Below, piece after piece: positions 48,657 to 62,289 of a stretch of 64,000 bases of DNA (position 1 is the first letter of the stretch; every line of letters begins with the position of its first letter). Both the position numbers and the translations under genes were made by a program. The notes below the pieces were generated by a model. That model had not been told where the DNA came from and did not search any database. It saw only the letters and a program-made list of their open reading frames with translations. The stretch covers positions 1-64,000 of the forward strand of contig NIVC01001135.1 of the NCBI GenBank assembly GCA_002269645.1, given 5' to 3'. Source of the stretch: Macrostomum lignano. Lineage: Eukaryota.

Positions 48657-51587
48657 CAGTTTTCGTCATGAAGGGTGTTTAAATTTGTCGCTTTTAAAAA
48701 ATGATATTTTCACGTTCAAGCAATTTGCTTCGCTGCTGCGCAATTCCAAATTATAGTCGGATAAAAGGAATCGATAAAAAGTCGGTGACTGTATCGAACA
48801 GTGTGAAAACTTAGTACAATATATTATATGAATTATATGATATGATACAAGTCGCCTATAAAAATTACTTCAGAAGCTGGCGCGCATTTATCTTCCCTAA
48901 CTGTTTGCTTTTCCTTAGTTTGTTGATTTTAACTGACTTCGGCTTTTGCTGTTATTTCATGTAGTTAGTTAAACAAAGTTAAGAATTAAATTTCCCTAGC
49001 TTCACAGTGAGTATTGTATAATGCAACTACGCGGATCTAATTATTTGTTCTTTAAAATTAAATTCCCAACTTACCCTAAGAAGCCTTTGCGGTTACTCCT
49101 TGCACATTGTAGAACATGGCTTATTGATTTTTTATTATTTAATTTCGCGCCGAAGTTAAATATGGAATACATACATGTGCCTGCAAAGCGTCCACCAGCC
49201 AAGCATGTCCTGCAGTGTCGTACTGGAAACCTCGTTTCTTAGAAAAAGTTTTTTGTGCGAAATATACACTACGGAGGTGGGAACATTTTTCATTAACAAT
49301 TAAAACAAAAAATGTCTTTTTATTTGGTTTCTTTAAAAAAGGGTTGCAATTGTACGACTTGACGGACGCGTTACAACAGAACAATTTCCTCCGTTCTTTT
49401 TCAACGAAAATATTGCATGGACTAAGGCCTATTAGCTCCTCGCTGCTGTGACTTCTTGACTGGAGATGCGGGTTATACGATCTTCGACCGTTTTATGACT
49501 CAGGTTTCGGGATCGACAAACTAATTTCGAGCAAAATTTGAACCGGTGACTGAGTAGACCACACGTGACAAAGAGTTGAAGTGCAAGCATGCTGCGGACG
49601 ACAAAATTTTGCAGTGGCCATGAACATGAAAGAAGCCATTTCACTTCGTTTAAACCTCTGCTGCTGGTCATAGAAAGGGCTGGAGTAGAAAACAACCATA
49701 CACTACTATAGCTAATTGAAATATATATTGTTACATGTAGCTCGTACTACTGCTGCTTGGTCGAGTAAGGAGACCGCGTACATGTACGTATTGTGCGGCT
49801 GCGGTGCCACCGCGCGTCTTACTGGATTTATATTAAAGCAATAAGTTTATGGATTCAAACTTCTTCGAGTTTATATAAATACATGTAGTAGCCAGCCCAC
49901 AGTTTCTGCACGATGGTATAGAAATGTGGTTTTATACATTGCTAAGGAGTTAAATGTAGAATTACGATCATGACGTAAACACGTACAATATAATGTAGGT
50001 CCGACGGCGACCAGCTGTCTTATTAGCTACGACAGAACCTAATGAAGAATTGACTGCATTACTTACATGTAAAAGGTTTCACTGAATGATTTTTCTGAAC
50101 ATTTTACTTGGGGATGCATGTGCATGTCAAGGACCACTGTATATAACAGCCGTAGGATTTTTAGAATCGCCCTAAATGTACTGCACATGTATATATAATC
50201 TATAAATCTGCTTCCAGTTTTAAAGGTACAAGTATTATTGAAATGCTCTTTTTCAAATTTAATCAGCTGCCAAAATGTTTTCTGAGAAACGAAGTTTTGC
50301 CTCCTTAGTTTTACTACACGTACATATCGTCCTTGATATGATGACGCGTTGTACACTTTGAGATCAAAATAAAATCAGTTATTTGCCTTAGTTATACTCA
50401 TCAATTATTGGGTTGCGTAAATGCGAACCGTATATACACGAGTAAGTATCAATGTTGGTGAAGCAATTATTATTTAATCAAGCTGTGTTTGTAATTTTCA
50501 AAGAAAGACGTACAATTGTAAATGAGTTAGCTTTGTCATTGAACTTGTCACCGGTCGTTTCTTTCATCATGTAAACGATTTGTGTATGTTAAAACAAATA
50601 CTTATTGCTGTCGTGAAAAATAAACTTTTATAAAAAAGGAAAAGGTGTACTATTCTGTGTTTTATTTTTCTTGTTTAGTATATATTCTAAATTTCTGTTT
50701 TAAAAGATGAGAAAAGCAATTGTTTTGAAACGTTTGAATAGATGTGCGCTAAATAGCAGTCCATTTTTCACTTACACATATTTTAATCTTTTAGCCGTAG
50801 TATTTGTTTTTTATTTTATACAAACAGCTAAATGAAATGTGTATTGTATTTGATCTATGAGTCATCCCGGTATTGAAGTTCTACCGGTTAAGAAAAATCA
50901 GGTATGTTTATTCATAAAAATGTTTTACTACTGCATTGTAAATGTAATGTAATTTGTAAATTTAATATGCCATAGGGGCTACTCAGAATGATGTCCTTTG
51001 CCTGGAAAATTACGACGCACAGAAACTTTCTCAGATAAATACCTCGGCGTCGAGCCATGCGGTGCAGTTGCAGTGCAGACACAGTTCACAGTGCAGTGCA
51101 GGCTGTATTGTGTTTAAAGTGTAGCATATCAAATATTAAATATCAAATCAGACTTTTATTTAGTATACTGTATTGTTTGTTTTTAGTAATAACACTTTTT
51201 AATACTGATATTATTCCATTTCGCACACACTGTGCTTTTTTCTAATTTTTCTAATTTGGCAAAAGCTCTAAATAAGTTATTTTTATGCTTGGTAAAATTT
51301 GCCATTAAATAAAGAATGCAAATCAAATTCCTTCCAGTATATAACTAGCATGATCTAGACTAAAGTATAAATATTTTTAGCTCTTAAAGTATTTTTGCAA
51401 TAAAAATAAAGAAAATAAAGTGGATTTACAAAAATAAGTGCTTATACAATATAGATATATTCAATGATATAGAATTGTAATATGCTATACCATATCTCAA
51501 GAAAACATGTTTTTCTATTTATTTTATTATATTCTATGTCACAAAGCTAATCTATACCATAGCATGTTACCTTTACTATGCAATAGC

Positions 51588-52867
51588 CAGTGTTAGGCAT
51601 AATTCCAAAACTCTGATATTCTAATATTCCAATACTTTTGGTGATACCTTTTGGGTATTGGAGTATCAGAAGCCAATACTTTTTTATGGTATTAGACTTT
51701 GGTAACTTCTGATAAAATTTTCAAATTTTCTTCAATTTCAAATCTATCAAATTTTAGTTTGATAGTCCATCAATAGTTTGATAGTCCAATACTTTTAAAA
51801 TTTTGAGCTAGCAAACTATTAAAATTTCATTAAAATGAATGAAATAGTTGTAGAAATTTGCAGAAAGAAATGATAAATTACTTCATTTTTATGTCAATGA
51901 AGCTGAAATAATTAATACTTTCATCCTTAAAACTGGTTTTTAAAACTTTTTAAAATTGCTTGCGCTATATATACTCTATCATGCAATTAGTTAGTAATTA
52001 GTAATTCTTATCAAAATGATATTATTTAGTCAATTATCATACTGCAAGTTCTGCAACATTGTCACTATCAGCACTGATTCAGATTGCCAATTGATTCTAC
52101 AATTTCTACAATATAGTGTATATATGAGTATTACACAATAATAATAAGCAGTTTAGTGAACAATGCATACATGTAAACAGTCAGCAATAAATAAATAAAT
52201 ATACTATTTTGGATACATATATTAGGCAAGGCCAAGTTGAGTAAATAAAAGGAAAAGAAATGACATGATTTATTTAAGTTTAAATGTATAAAAAGCAGAG
52301 AAGTGGGGTGTCAGCCAATCAGAGATAAGGCTTTAAAGTTTGTACCTCCATTTAGAGCATTTGGTCTAGCTGGCTGGCTACATGTACATGTAAATGCACT
52401 CAATCCAAAAAACAAGGCTATAGTTAAGTGTGCCGGTGCACCAATCTTAGACTAGCAGGCTACCACACTATACTAAAACAATAATAATACTAATAGGCAT
52501 AAAAAAGACTAACAATAGTGGCTAATAAGCAGTTAATTGATGACTACAGTGGCAACATTAGTTTTCATTTGTTGATTTTATTTTATTTGTTTTACTAAAG
52601 GCTTCATCATTTAAAACAATGCTAAGCTTGCTTTATTTGCCTGAGAAACCAAGGAGAAGGTCTGAGAAGCTTAAATTATATACATTTTTATTCCTTAAAC
52701 ATTTATTTTTGCAAAAACCAGGTATTAGAATAGAGTATCAGAATTAGGGTATTGCTGATACTCAAATTTGGATATTGGACTTTCAGGTATTGGTGATACT
52801 TTTTTTAGAAAAGATATCAGAGTATTGGTTTTTACCAATACTTTTTTGAGTATCATGCCCAACACAG
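51588..52867. mobile_element. hAT-type non-autonomous element (1280 bp), CpG-decayed
   Basis: TIR CAGTGTTAGGCAT / (rc) CTGTGTTGGGCAT and perfect 8-bp TSD GCAATAGC (51580-51587, 52868-52875). Confidence 0.85.
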
Positions 52868-54845
52868 GCAATAGCCAAATGCATGCCAATATTTTTTGGC
52901 CAAACCAAATGCATACTAAAATTTTCTTGCATTTATTTGTTTGCCCTTTGGAATTAAGGCATTTTAAAATTTATATTGTCCATTTTAGTTTTGTAATATT
53001 ATTAAGAAATTAGCAATATTATATATAAAAATGACACAAGTTAACAAAAGCCATTTATAAATTTATTGTTATTCCTAGATTCAATAACTTTGATGTCTTT
53101 GTTTTCATTTAAATTGAATTGAATAGGAACTCTGAGCAGTCTTGTTGATTATAAAATTAACAATTATAATGTTATTATTTTATAACAAATTAGCAAAAAT
53201 GCAAAGAATTATAAAAATTATAAAAATCATTAATCAATTATTGATAGTGATCAAGGTTGATTGATATTATTAATATTAATACTGATACTGATCTAAGCCA
53301 TGTGCCAATTATGCCAAGTTTCAGACCTTCATTTTTCTTTTTGCACTAAATATGCTAAGTGTACCAAAGAAGTGGCCTCTATACTAGAAAATTTGGTGAA
53401 ATCTACTGCTTTCCTAACAATGAAACTATAGAATATAGCTGGTGTATTATTAGCATACTAAATAGGGGCAGTTGTTATATTTACTCCAAATTAAATAACA
53501 AACTTGCAACAAATAATAAAAGGTTATTAAATTAAAAAAATAATGAAGTGTATTATTAATATATTGATACAATAGTAACTTCTAATGATTATTGTCAGAC
53601 TTTTGTTTGCATACCTAATGTAATTGTAACTATTTAATATAGAAAAAATATCTTTCCCATGATCCTAAAAGTAGCAAAAAAATGCAAAGGCCAACTAGCA
53701 AAAATGCAATGGCCAAATATTGACCATTTTGCTTCTTATGAATAGTGACTATAAATTAAGTTTCAGTATTTATAGTTACATTAAGTTAAAGCCTTATATA
53801 TTGACCTAAGGATAATGTTTTTATTGATGACTTTAATATTCACTCATTTTTATATAATTAATAAATTTCCCAATTGTTTGGCCTAGTTATTATTCATTTC
53901 TTGCCATATTAAAGATGGTAAGAAGATAATAAAAGAATCTTTTTAGGTATAAGGACTCCTATGAGATTTTAAAGGTTTTAAAAAAATTTGCAAAAATTTT
54001 GCAAATTTTGTTAGGACAATTTTTTCCTATTGGGGGATAAAAAACCTTTCATCAATAGAAAAAATTGTTTTGTTCTTAGGTTAGACAATTTAGCAACATT
54101 TTCATATAGTCATAACAAAAATATACAAGTAAAAATGACTATAATTAAAATCTTGCTACTTATTCTGCAACTAAGTAGAGAATTATAGTTTTTGATCTAT
54201 TTCTAAGCAAACTATACAAACAATTTTATCTAGTCAATGTAAACTTTTGACCCTCAACTAAGCAGGTGTCTATGCCATTCTTGTAAGTCTAATGCTGAAA
54301 TTGCAAACCCTATCCTTTACTACAATATATGCAATCTGATTGGTTGGGTCATAGAGGTATTGTCTTCATATGGACTTGTGACAATAGCCTTAAGTTTTCA
54401 TTAAAACTATGAAAATATATTTATAAAAACACACTTCTAAAATAACTGACATAAGTATAGTTTGACTCTGGCATAATAATTATAACCTATAAAAAACTGA
54501 TATTACAATAAAGTGTGTATACAGTTACTTTAAAGCCAATCCATATGCATTAGCATTTATGCCAAGGCTATTCTTCAGGTTGAATTTATGCTAGCACTTA
54601 TGCTAGCTCCCAATACTAAATCTAAATTGATTCTGAAAGTTTTTTGTATACATGTAGGTAACATGATCTAGATTATGGTTAGTATACATGGCATATAGCA
54701 TGGGTGATGGTATGTGTTGGCAATATTATTATATTTGATGCTGGGCCACCCTTCCAGATCCTCTCTTGCTAGGCTACTATCCTAGATCCCCAGTTGTTAA
54801 GCCACCAAAGCCTCTAGGATCTGGGACAGTGGCTGGGCTGCTTTC

Positions 54846-54976
54846 ACAGACCCCGAGTTGCTGGGCCACCGCCACCTCGCAGACCCCCCAGTTGCTGGGC
54901 CACCGCCACCTCGCAGACCCCCCAGTTGCTCGGCACCGCCACCTCACAGACCCCCAGTTGCTCGGCACCGCCATCT
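54846..54976. repeat. About 33-bp minisatellite, about 4 copies
   Basis: CAGACCCCCAGTTGCTGGGCCACCGCCACCTC units just upstream of the acceptor at 55026. Confidence 0.85.
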
Positions 54977-55026
54977 CCCAGCTAACACCAGCTGAAACAT
55001 CGCATCGCCTCTCCCGTCCTTCGCAG

Positions 55027-58000
55027 CAAATCTTTTCAAACGCGGCCCCAACGGTCTACCCCAAGCAATCTATAGCCATCGGCTTGGCGACTAGCGTAGC
55101 CAAGCGCCCAGCAACTGCAGCCCTGTTTGACTCAGATGACGAATCGGCCCCGTCCGGCAAGCGACTCACGCAGGAAGCCGACGCGGTCGATAATAACGGT
55201 ACAGTTGTCGATACAGAGGCGGGTAACGAATTAGCACTGGCTGAAGATAACGGCATCGGTCTGGATAGCAACGAGAATATGAGCCTGACAGTGGAGCACA
55301 GCATTCCGGACCGCCTGGTTGGCCTCATGATTGGCAAAGGCGGCGAATCTATTAATAGACTGCAGGACGAATCCGGCGCTAGGATTCAAATTAGTACGGA
55401 TAATAGCGGCCCGCAGCGCCAGGTGAGACAGGGTTCGGTATACTATTACAGTTGTAGGTGCATGCGATTGATTCAGATCAGTGTTAACTAGAATATATAT
55501 TGGGTTGACTCTTGTGGATTGATTGATTAGGAGTGGGATATCGGGATTGAATTGATTGAATATTGACTGTGATATCGATTGATTGTGATATCGATTGATT
55601 GAGATATCGATTGATTAGGATATCGATTGATTAGGATATCTATTGACTGTGATATTGATTGACTGTGATATTGATTGATTGGGAGATCGATTGACTGTGA
55701 TATCGATTGATTAGGATATCGATTGATTGTAATATCGATTGACTGTGATATCGATTAATTATGATATAAATTGACTGAGGTATCGATTGATTGGGATATC
55801 GATTGATTGGAACATCGATTGATTGGGATTTAGACTTATTGTAGTATTGAATGATATGAGATATTTATTAATAATTCGATAAAATTTATCAATTGGTTTT
55901 CATTGATCATTATTATAATAATAGTTAGCATTTGAGAGTATTGGTTTATTTAGTTATCTATTCGTAAGATTCGATTAAAATTTCTGCAGACACTTCACCG
56001 CCACAACAATTCAGCAGTTATAATATAATCCTAAACTCGTCATTCCCATTGCCCAGGTGACAATCACTGGCACTCAGGAGCAGGTTGAGCGGGCTCGCCA
56101 GCTCATGGACACCATCGTGGCCAATGCTGAGAGAAGCGGCGGCGAAGGCGGCAGCGGCGGCACTTCGTCGCGCGACGGCGGCTTAGGCGGCGGCGGCGGC
56201 GGCGGTCAGGACAGCATCGTCATACAGGTGCCCGCGCCGAAGGTCGGCCTGCTGATTGGCAAAGCTGGCGAGACTATTAAAAGTCTGCAGGATAAGGCCG
56301 GAGTTCGGATGCTGCTAGTGCAGGACTCCACCACCTCTGCGCTGCCCGAGAAGCCTTTGAAAATTATTGGTATGCATTGCTAATGACTCGCCTGCATTGC
56401 TTTATGACACACATGTCTCCATTTATGACTCACCTGTCTCGCTTTATGACACACCTGTCTCCATTTATGACTCACTGTCTCCATTTATGACTCACATGTC
56501 TCGCTTTATGACACACCTGTCTCCATTTATGACTCACCTGTCTCACTTTATGACACACCTGTCTCCATTTATGACTCACCTGTCTCGCTTTATGACACAT
56601 TTCTTCATTTATGACTCACCTGTCTCGCTTTATGACACACCTGTCTCCATTTATGACTTACCTGTCTCGCTTTATGACACACCTGTCTCCATTTATGACT
56701 CACCTGTCTCGATTTATGACTCAACTGTCTCCATTTATGACTCACCTGTCTCGATTTATGACTCACCTGTCTCGCTTTAAGACACACCTGTCTCCATTTA
56801 TGACTCACCTGTCTCGATTTATGACTCACCTGTCTCGCTTTATGACACACCTGTCTCCATTTATGACTCACCTGTCTCGCTTTATGACACATTTCTTCAT
56901 TTATGACTCACCTGTCTCGCTTTATGACACATTTCTTCATTTATGACTCACCTGTCTCGCTTTATGACACACTTGTCTCCATTTATGACTCACCTGTCTC
57001 GCTTTATGACACACCTGTCTCGATTTATGACTCACCTGTCTCGATTTATGACTCACCTGTCTCGCTTTATGACACACCGTCTCCATTTGTGACTCACCTG
57101 TCTCGCTTTATGACACCCGTCTCCATTTATGACTTGTCTCACTTGTCTCGCTTGTCTCACTGACTCACCGATCTTATTCACTGACTCACCAGTCTCACCC
57201 AGCCTCATTGCGAGTTCCCCCCTTCCCCCAACTGCGCCCAACCAGGCTCGCCGGACCGTCTGAACCACGCTCGCGAGCTGGTGATGGAGCTGCTGAACTC
57301 CAAGGACGCCAGAGAATTTTCGCCTGGCCAACGCGGCGGCATGGGCGGCGGAGGCCCCGGCATCATGGGCGGCTTCGATTCTCGTGGTGTTCGAGGCGGC
57401 GGCGGCATGGGCGGTGGCGGCATGGGCGGCGGTGGCATGGGCGGCGGCGGCATGGGCGGTGGCAGCTTCGGCAGTTTTGGCGACGCCTACCACGAAATGA
57501 AGGTGCCCCGCCGATGCGTCGGCGTTGTCATTGGCAAAGGCGGCGATATGTTGCGCAAAATTAATCAAGAGACGGGCGCCAAGGTGCAGTTCCGACAGGA
57601 GGGACCAGCGGACAGGGAGCTGCCCGAGCGAATGCTGCAGGTGTGTTGTCTCACTATGCCTACTGACTAATTAGATGGCGATGGCAGATGTATTAGCCAG
57701 TAGTAGTTACTCCCGCCGTTTACCTTTTGCCTGAAATAAAAAACTGCTCTTGTTACGATACCACTGTGAGTAGTGCGATCCGTCTATATATAATTTCACG
57801 CTATCCTAACCAACTAAAGGTGTCCGGCAGCAACTCGGCAGTGCAGCAGGCCATGGAACGGGTGCAACACCTTATCAGCGCTGTGCTTAGCGGCGAGATT
57901 CCCGTGACTGACCGGCCGCGCGGGCCCGAGAGCCGCACCGTCACCTACGCCGTGCCGGCCGAGAAAGCCGGCCTAGTTATTGGCAAAGGCGGCGAGACCG

Positions 58001-60966
58001 TCAAAGAAATTAATCGCATCTCTGGCGCCTACGTTGCTATCCAGCGGGAGAATCCTCCGAACGGCTCCACTAAGGTGTTCGATATTCAGGTAATAGTCTT
58101 TGCTCTTTCGGTTTTAAAAGTGTCTTTTCTGCTTTCTTGACTTTAGATCTAGAATCAGACAAGTATTTAGTGTCAAAATGGCACTCTGTGTAGAAATGGC
58201 ATTATTGGTGTCAAAATGGCAGTCCTATTATCAAAATGGCATTTCCAGTGTCAAAATGGCAGTCCTAGTATCAAAATGGCATTTCCAGTGTCAAAATGGC
58301 AGTCCTATTATCAAAATGGCATTTCCAGTGTCAAAATGGCAGTCCTATTATCAAAATGGCATTTCCAGTGTCAAAATGGCAGTCCTATTATCAAAATGGC
58401 ATTTCCAGTGTCAAAATGGCAGTCCTATTATCAAAATGGCATTCCTTAGTGTCAAAATGGCATTCCCAGTGTCAAAATGGCATTCCCAGTGTCAAAATGG
58501 CATTTTCAGAGTCAAAATGGCAGTCCTATTATCAAAATGTCATTCCCAGTGTCAAAATGGCAGTCCTATTATCAAAATGGCATTCCCAGTGTCAAAATGG
58601 CATTCCCAGTGTCAAAATGGCATTTTCAGAGTCAAAATGGCAGTCCTATTATCAAAATGTCATTCCCAGTGTCAAAATGGCAGTCCTATTATCAAAATGG
58701 CATTCCCAGTGTCAAAATGGCATTCCCAGTGTCAAAATGGCATTCCCAGTGTCAAAATGGCATTCCCAGTGTCAAAATGGCATTTTCAGAGTCAAAATGG
58801 CAGTCCTATTGTCAAAATGTCATTCCCAGTGTCAAAATGGCATTTTCAGTGTCAAAATGGCGTTCTCAGTATCAGAACAGCATTTCTAGTGGCAAAATGG
58901 CATTCCTAGGAAAAAAATTAGCACGTCGAAATGGCTGCCTTAATGATAGCTCGTAAAAGGGCCCAGGGCACTCCAAAGCCTCATTGTTTAAACAATTTGA
59001 ATAAACGCATCCGCAGGGCTCGCCAAGCCAAATCGCCGAGGCAATTCGCCTAATCTGCGAGAAAGCCGGCCTGCCCCAGCAGCCGCAGCAGCAGCAGTCG
59101 GCCGGTTTCTATGGCAACGGTGGTGGAGTTGCCGGCGCAGCCGGCGCCGGCGATTCCGCTCTGGCTCAGGAGGCTCTGCCGGCGCCGCAGTACAACAGCC
59201 AGACTGGCCAGATGGACTACAGCATGGCCTGGGCCGAGTACTACCGCAGGCAGGGCATGCACGAGTACGCTGACGCCATCCTGCGACAGGCCGGCCAGCA
59301 GCAGCAGCCGCAGCAGCAGCAGGTGTGTTGCGATATCCCCCCTGGTTCCTTGCTTATGACTGCTGGCCGCTATCCGCCCCTCTGGTCTCTCATGACAGGC
59401 CACTATCCGCCCCTTGGTCTCTCATGACAGGCCGCTATCCGCCCCTTGGTCTCTCATGACTGGCCGCTATCCGCCCCTTGGTCTCTCATAACAGGCCGCT
59501 ATCCGCCCCCTGGTCCGTCATGACTGGCCGCTATCCGCCCCCTGGTCTCTCATAGCTGGCCGCTATCCGTCCTTTTATATATCTCCAACCCCTGTTGAGT
59601 TTCTGTCTGCCCACTCTAGTCTCAAGTAGCTGAAATCGAATATATACATTAGGCAACATCCTGTCTGCAGGACCAACAGTGGCAGCAGTGGCAGCAGTGG
59701 CAGGCCTGGCAGAACGGCGGCCAGAACCAGCAGCAGGCGGCTGCCGGCGCCGGAGCGGCCGGGGCCCAGCAGCAGCAGCCGGGCAGCCAGCCGGGCGGTC
59801 AGGCCCAGCAGCAGGCGGCAACCGCCTGGGCTGGCGGCGGCTGGCAGCCGACTGGAGCTGCCGGAGCCGCGGCTGCTGGCGGAGGAGCCGGTGGAGGCTG
59901 GGATCCGGCTGGCGACGTTGCCCAGCAGGCTGCCGCAGCCTGGGGCGGACCGGACGCTGGCGGCCAGCAGCAGAACTGGTGGTACGGCAACAATAGCGGC
60001 CGGTGAGCGGGGAGAGCGCTGATATGGTGGGGGAATTGGGATACTTCACATTCGGAGTTGGGGTATTCACATTCGGAGTTGGGGTATTCACATTCGGAGT
60101 TGGGGTATTCACATTCGGAGTTGGGGTATTCACATTCGGAGTTGGGGTATTCACATTCGGAGTTGGGGTATTCACATTCGGAGTTGGGGTATTCACAATC
60201 GGAATTGGGGTATTCACATTAGGAGTTGGGGTATTCACATTAGGAGTTGGGGTATTCACATTCGGAGTTGGATTATTCGCAATCGGAATTGGGGTATTCA
60301 CATTCGGAGTTGGGGTATTCAAATTCGGAGTTGGGGTATTCACATTCGGAGTTGGGGTATTTACATTCGGAGTTGGGGTATTCACATTCGGAGTTGGGGT
60401 ATTTACATTCGGAGTTGGGGTATTCACATTCGGAGTTGGGGTATTCACATTCGGAGTTGGGGTATTCACATTCGGAGTTGGGGTATTCACATTCGGAGTT
60501 GGGGTATTCACATTCGGAGTTGGGGTATTCAAATTCGGAGTTGGGGTATTCACATTCGGAGTTGGGGTATTCACATTCGGAGTTGGGGTATTCAAATTCG
60601 GAGTTGGGGTATTCACATTCGGAGTTGGGGTATTTACATTCGGAGTTGGGGTATTCACATTCGGAGTTGGGGTATTTACATTCGGAGTTGGGGTATTCAC
60701 ATTCGGAGTTGGGGTATTCACATTCGGAGTTGGGGTATTCACATTCGGAGTTGGGGTATTCACATTCGGAGTTGGGGTATTCAAATTCGGAGTTGGGGTA
60801 TTCACATTCGGAGTTGGGGTATTCAAATTCGGAGTTGGGGTATTCAAATTCGGAGTTGGGGTATTCGCAATCGGAATTGGGGTATTCACATTCCGAATCA
60901 GGCTGCGACACTTTCTACGAAAATTAATTGTTCCCACCAATCAACCTATGAAACCATTCCAGGTAA
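55027..60966 (+). CDS. FUBP1: Far upstream element-binding protein family (FUBP1/KHSRP/FUBP3, Drosophila PSI) RNA-binding protein with 4 KH domains; 5' exon not firmly located
   Basis: Phase-consistent exons 55027-55422, 56057-56369, 57246-57640, 57820-58089, 59017-59322, 59671-60002 (+60963-60966). Four KH GxxG loops (VGLMIGKGGE, VGLLIGKAGE, VGVVIGKGGD, AGLVIGKGGE) plus the FUBP-specific motif DYSMAWAEYYRRQG. The symbol denotes the family, not one-to-one orthology. Confidence 0.92.
55505..55850. repeat. Degenerate about 18-bp repeat (GATATCGATTGATT...)
   Basis: Recurrent motif in an FUBP intron. Confidence 0.85.
56400..57135. repeat. 21-bp minisatellite (TTTATGACACACCTGTCTCCA)
   Basis: Tandem units in an FUBP intron. 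Confidence 0.95.
58169..58905. repeat. 20-bp-subunit minisatellite (GTCAAAATGGCATTCCCAGT / ATCAAAATGGC variants)
   Basis: Tandem units in an FUBP intron. Confidence 0.95.
59345..59570. repeat. 32-bp minisatellite (GGCCGCTATCCGCCCCTTGGTCTCTCATGACA), about 7 copies
   Basis: Tandem units in an FUBP intron. Confidence 0.92.
60037..60891. repeat. 21-bp minisatellite (GGGGTATTCACATTCGGAGTT), about 40 copies
   Basis: Tandem units. Confidence 0.97.
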
Positions 60967-62289
60967 AATGTACGTGCTATACCTTAGCAACAGAGGTTGA
61001 GGCTCTGTCAGCTGCCGAGGCGCTGGGGCTGTAGCCGTCTCTGCCCCTCCATCTCACTATCTGGTGTGGCGAGTCGCCTGCAGTTAAAAAAATCTGAACA
61101 CTTTTCGCTTATTAAACATCCCAGCAGAGCTACTTGGCCGCAGTTTTCTTCCCATAATAAAAAATGGCTAATCATTTAAGGTTAATTGGTTAACGCGGGA
61201 GTTCTAGAAATTAATTGACCCCTCTTCTGTTCTATTTTTAGCTCTGTGCAACTGCCCTGGGAGTTTCCCGAGCAAGCTATATTGGTTTTTAACTTTTGAC
61301 GTGGTGTTTTCTCTCTTCATCTGGCCCCCTGCTCTGCTTGTCTGTAACTATGCTTACTCAGTTAAGTTTTTAAATTCAAACAAAATCATTGCGAAACATT
61401 AAAATTAATTTAACGAGGATTGATAACCTTCCGTTTGGAGGGGGTGAAAATAATCGTTTATCTTTAATCAACTGGACTGATTCTGTGTTTTCTGTTTCAT
61501 CTGACTCCCCTCTCTCCCCTTCTAATTATCGCATCAATAAGTAGTTTGGTAGATTTGTACTTTTACTAATTTAGCTTCTCACGCTTATCCTTGCTTATGG
61601 TAATAATACAACAGGCTCAATGCGTCCCCAATCCAGCGCACTCTGCTTATTATACTATAATAACACATAATATACTACTTATATTGATTTTACTAGCAGT
61701 AGTCACACTAATTCCCCTCTGATCGTGTTTATTCTATCTGTTGTTGTTGTTGCGCGTTTCAAAGTTAATTAATTTTGTTGTACTGGAGTTGTGCAGCCGG
61801 TTCTTATTTTACAATAATGCTATATTAATATTATTATTATTCATGTTGCCGCTATCAAACTCGTAGCTAGCAGGGAGCTGTGCCCGTTTTTAACTGTTTT
61901 GCTTGTCAGTTGTTTGTTTGTCTGTCTCACACCTTAGCTGCTTAAGATTCAATTTGTGTTGCGTCGGCACTGGAAGCCAAGAATGCAGTGATTTTTTAGA
62001 GACTGAAGCCATCCATCTTTTGTCATTGGGAGATGTCCGTCAGCTTAACCTGTTTGTTTAACTCTCTGTGTGTAGCATTTTTTATTTCTTTACTTCCTCG
62101 ATAATATATTAATTAATGTGTTTGACAGACAGATGATTGCCTGAACCGGTTTAACTGAAGGGGTTCCACAGCGATCCTGATTACATTTGCTTACCGTTAA
62201 TGATAATAATAATAATGTTAGTCTCTCTGCGTCTCTCACTCACCTGTGCTGGCTAATTGTTTGACTAAGTTTATTTTTTCCGGCTTTGC

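Noticed and set aside
54766-55026. 5' part of the 241-aa ORF as FUBP coding sequence
   Set aside because: Overlaps a 33-bp minisatellite and precedes a clear acceptor (TTCGCAG at 55026); interpreted as intron.
58178-61034. KMAFPVS, NTPTPNV, GVGVFTF and EYPNSE ORFs
   Set aside because: Translations of FUBP intronic minisatellites.
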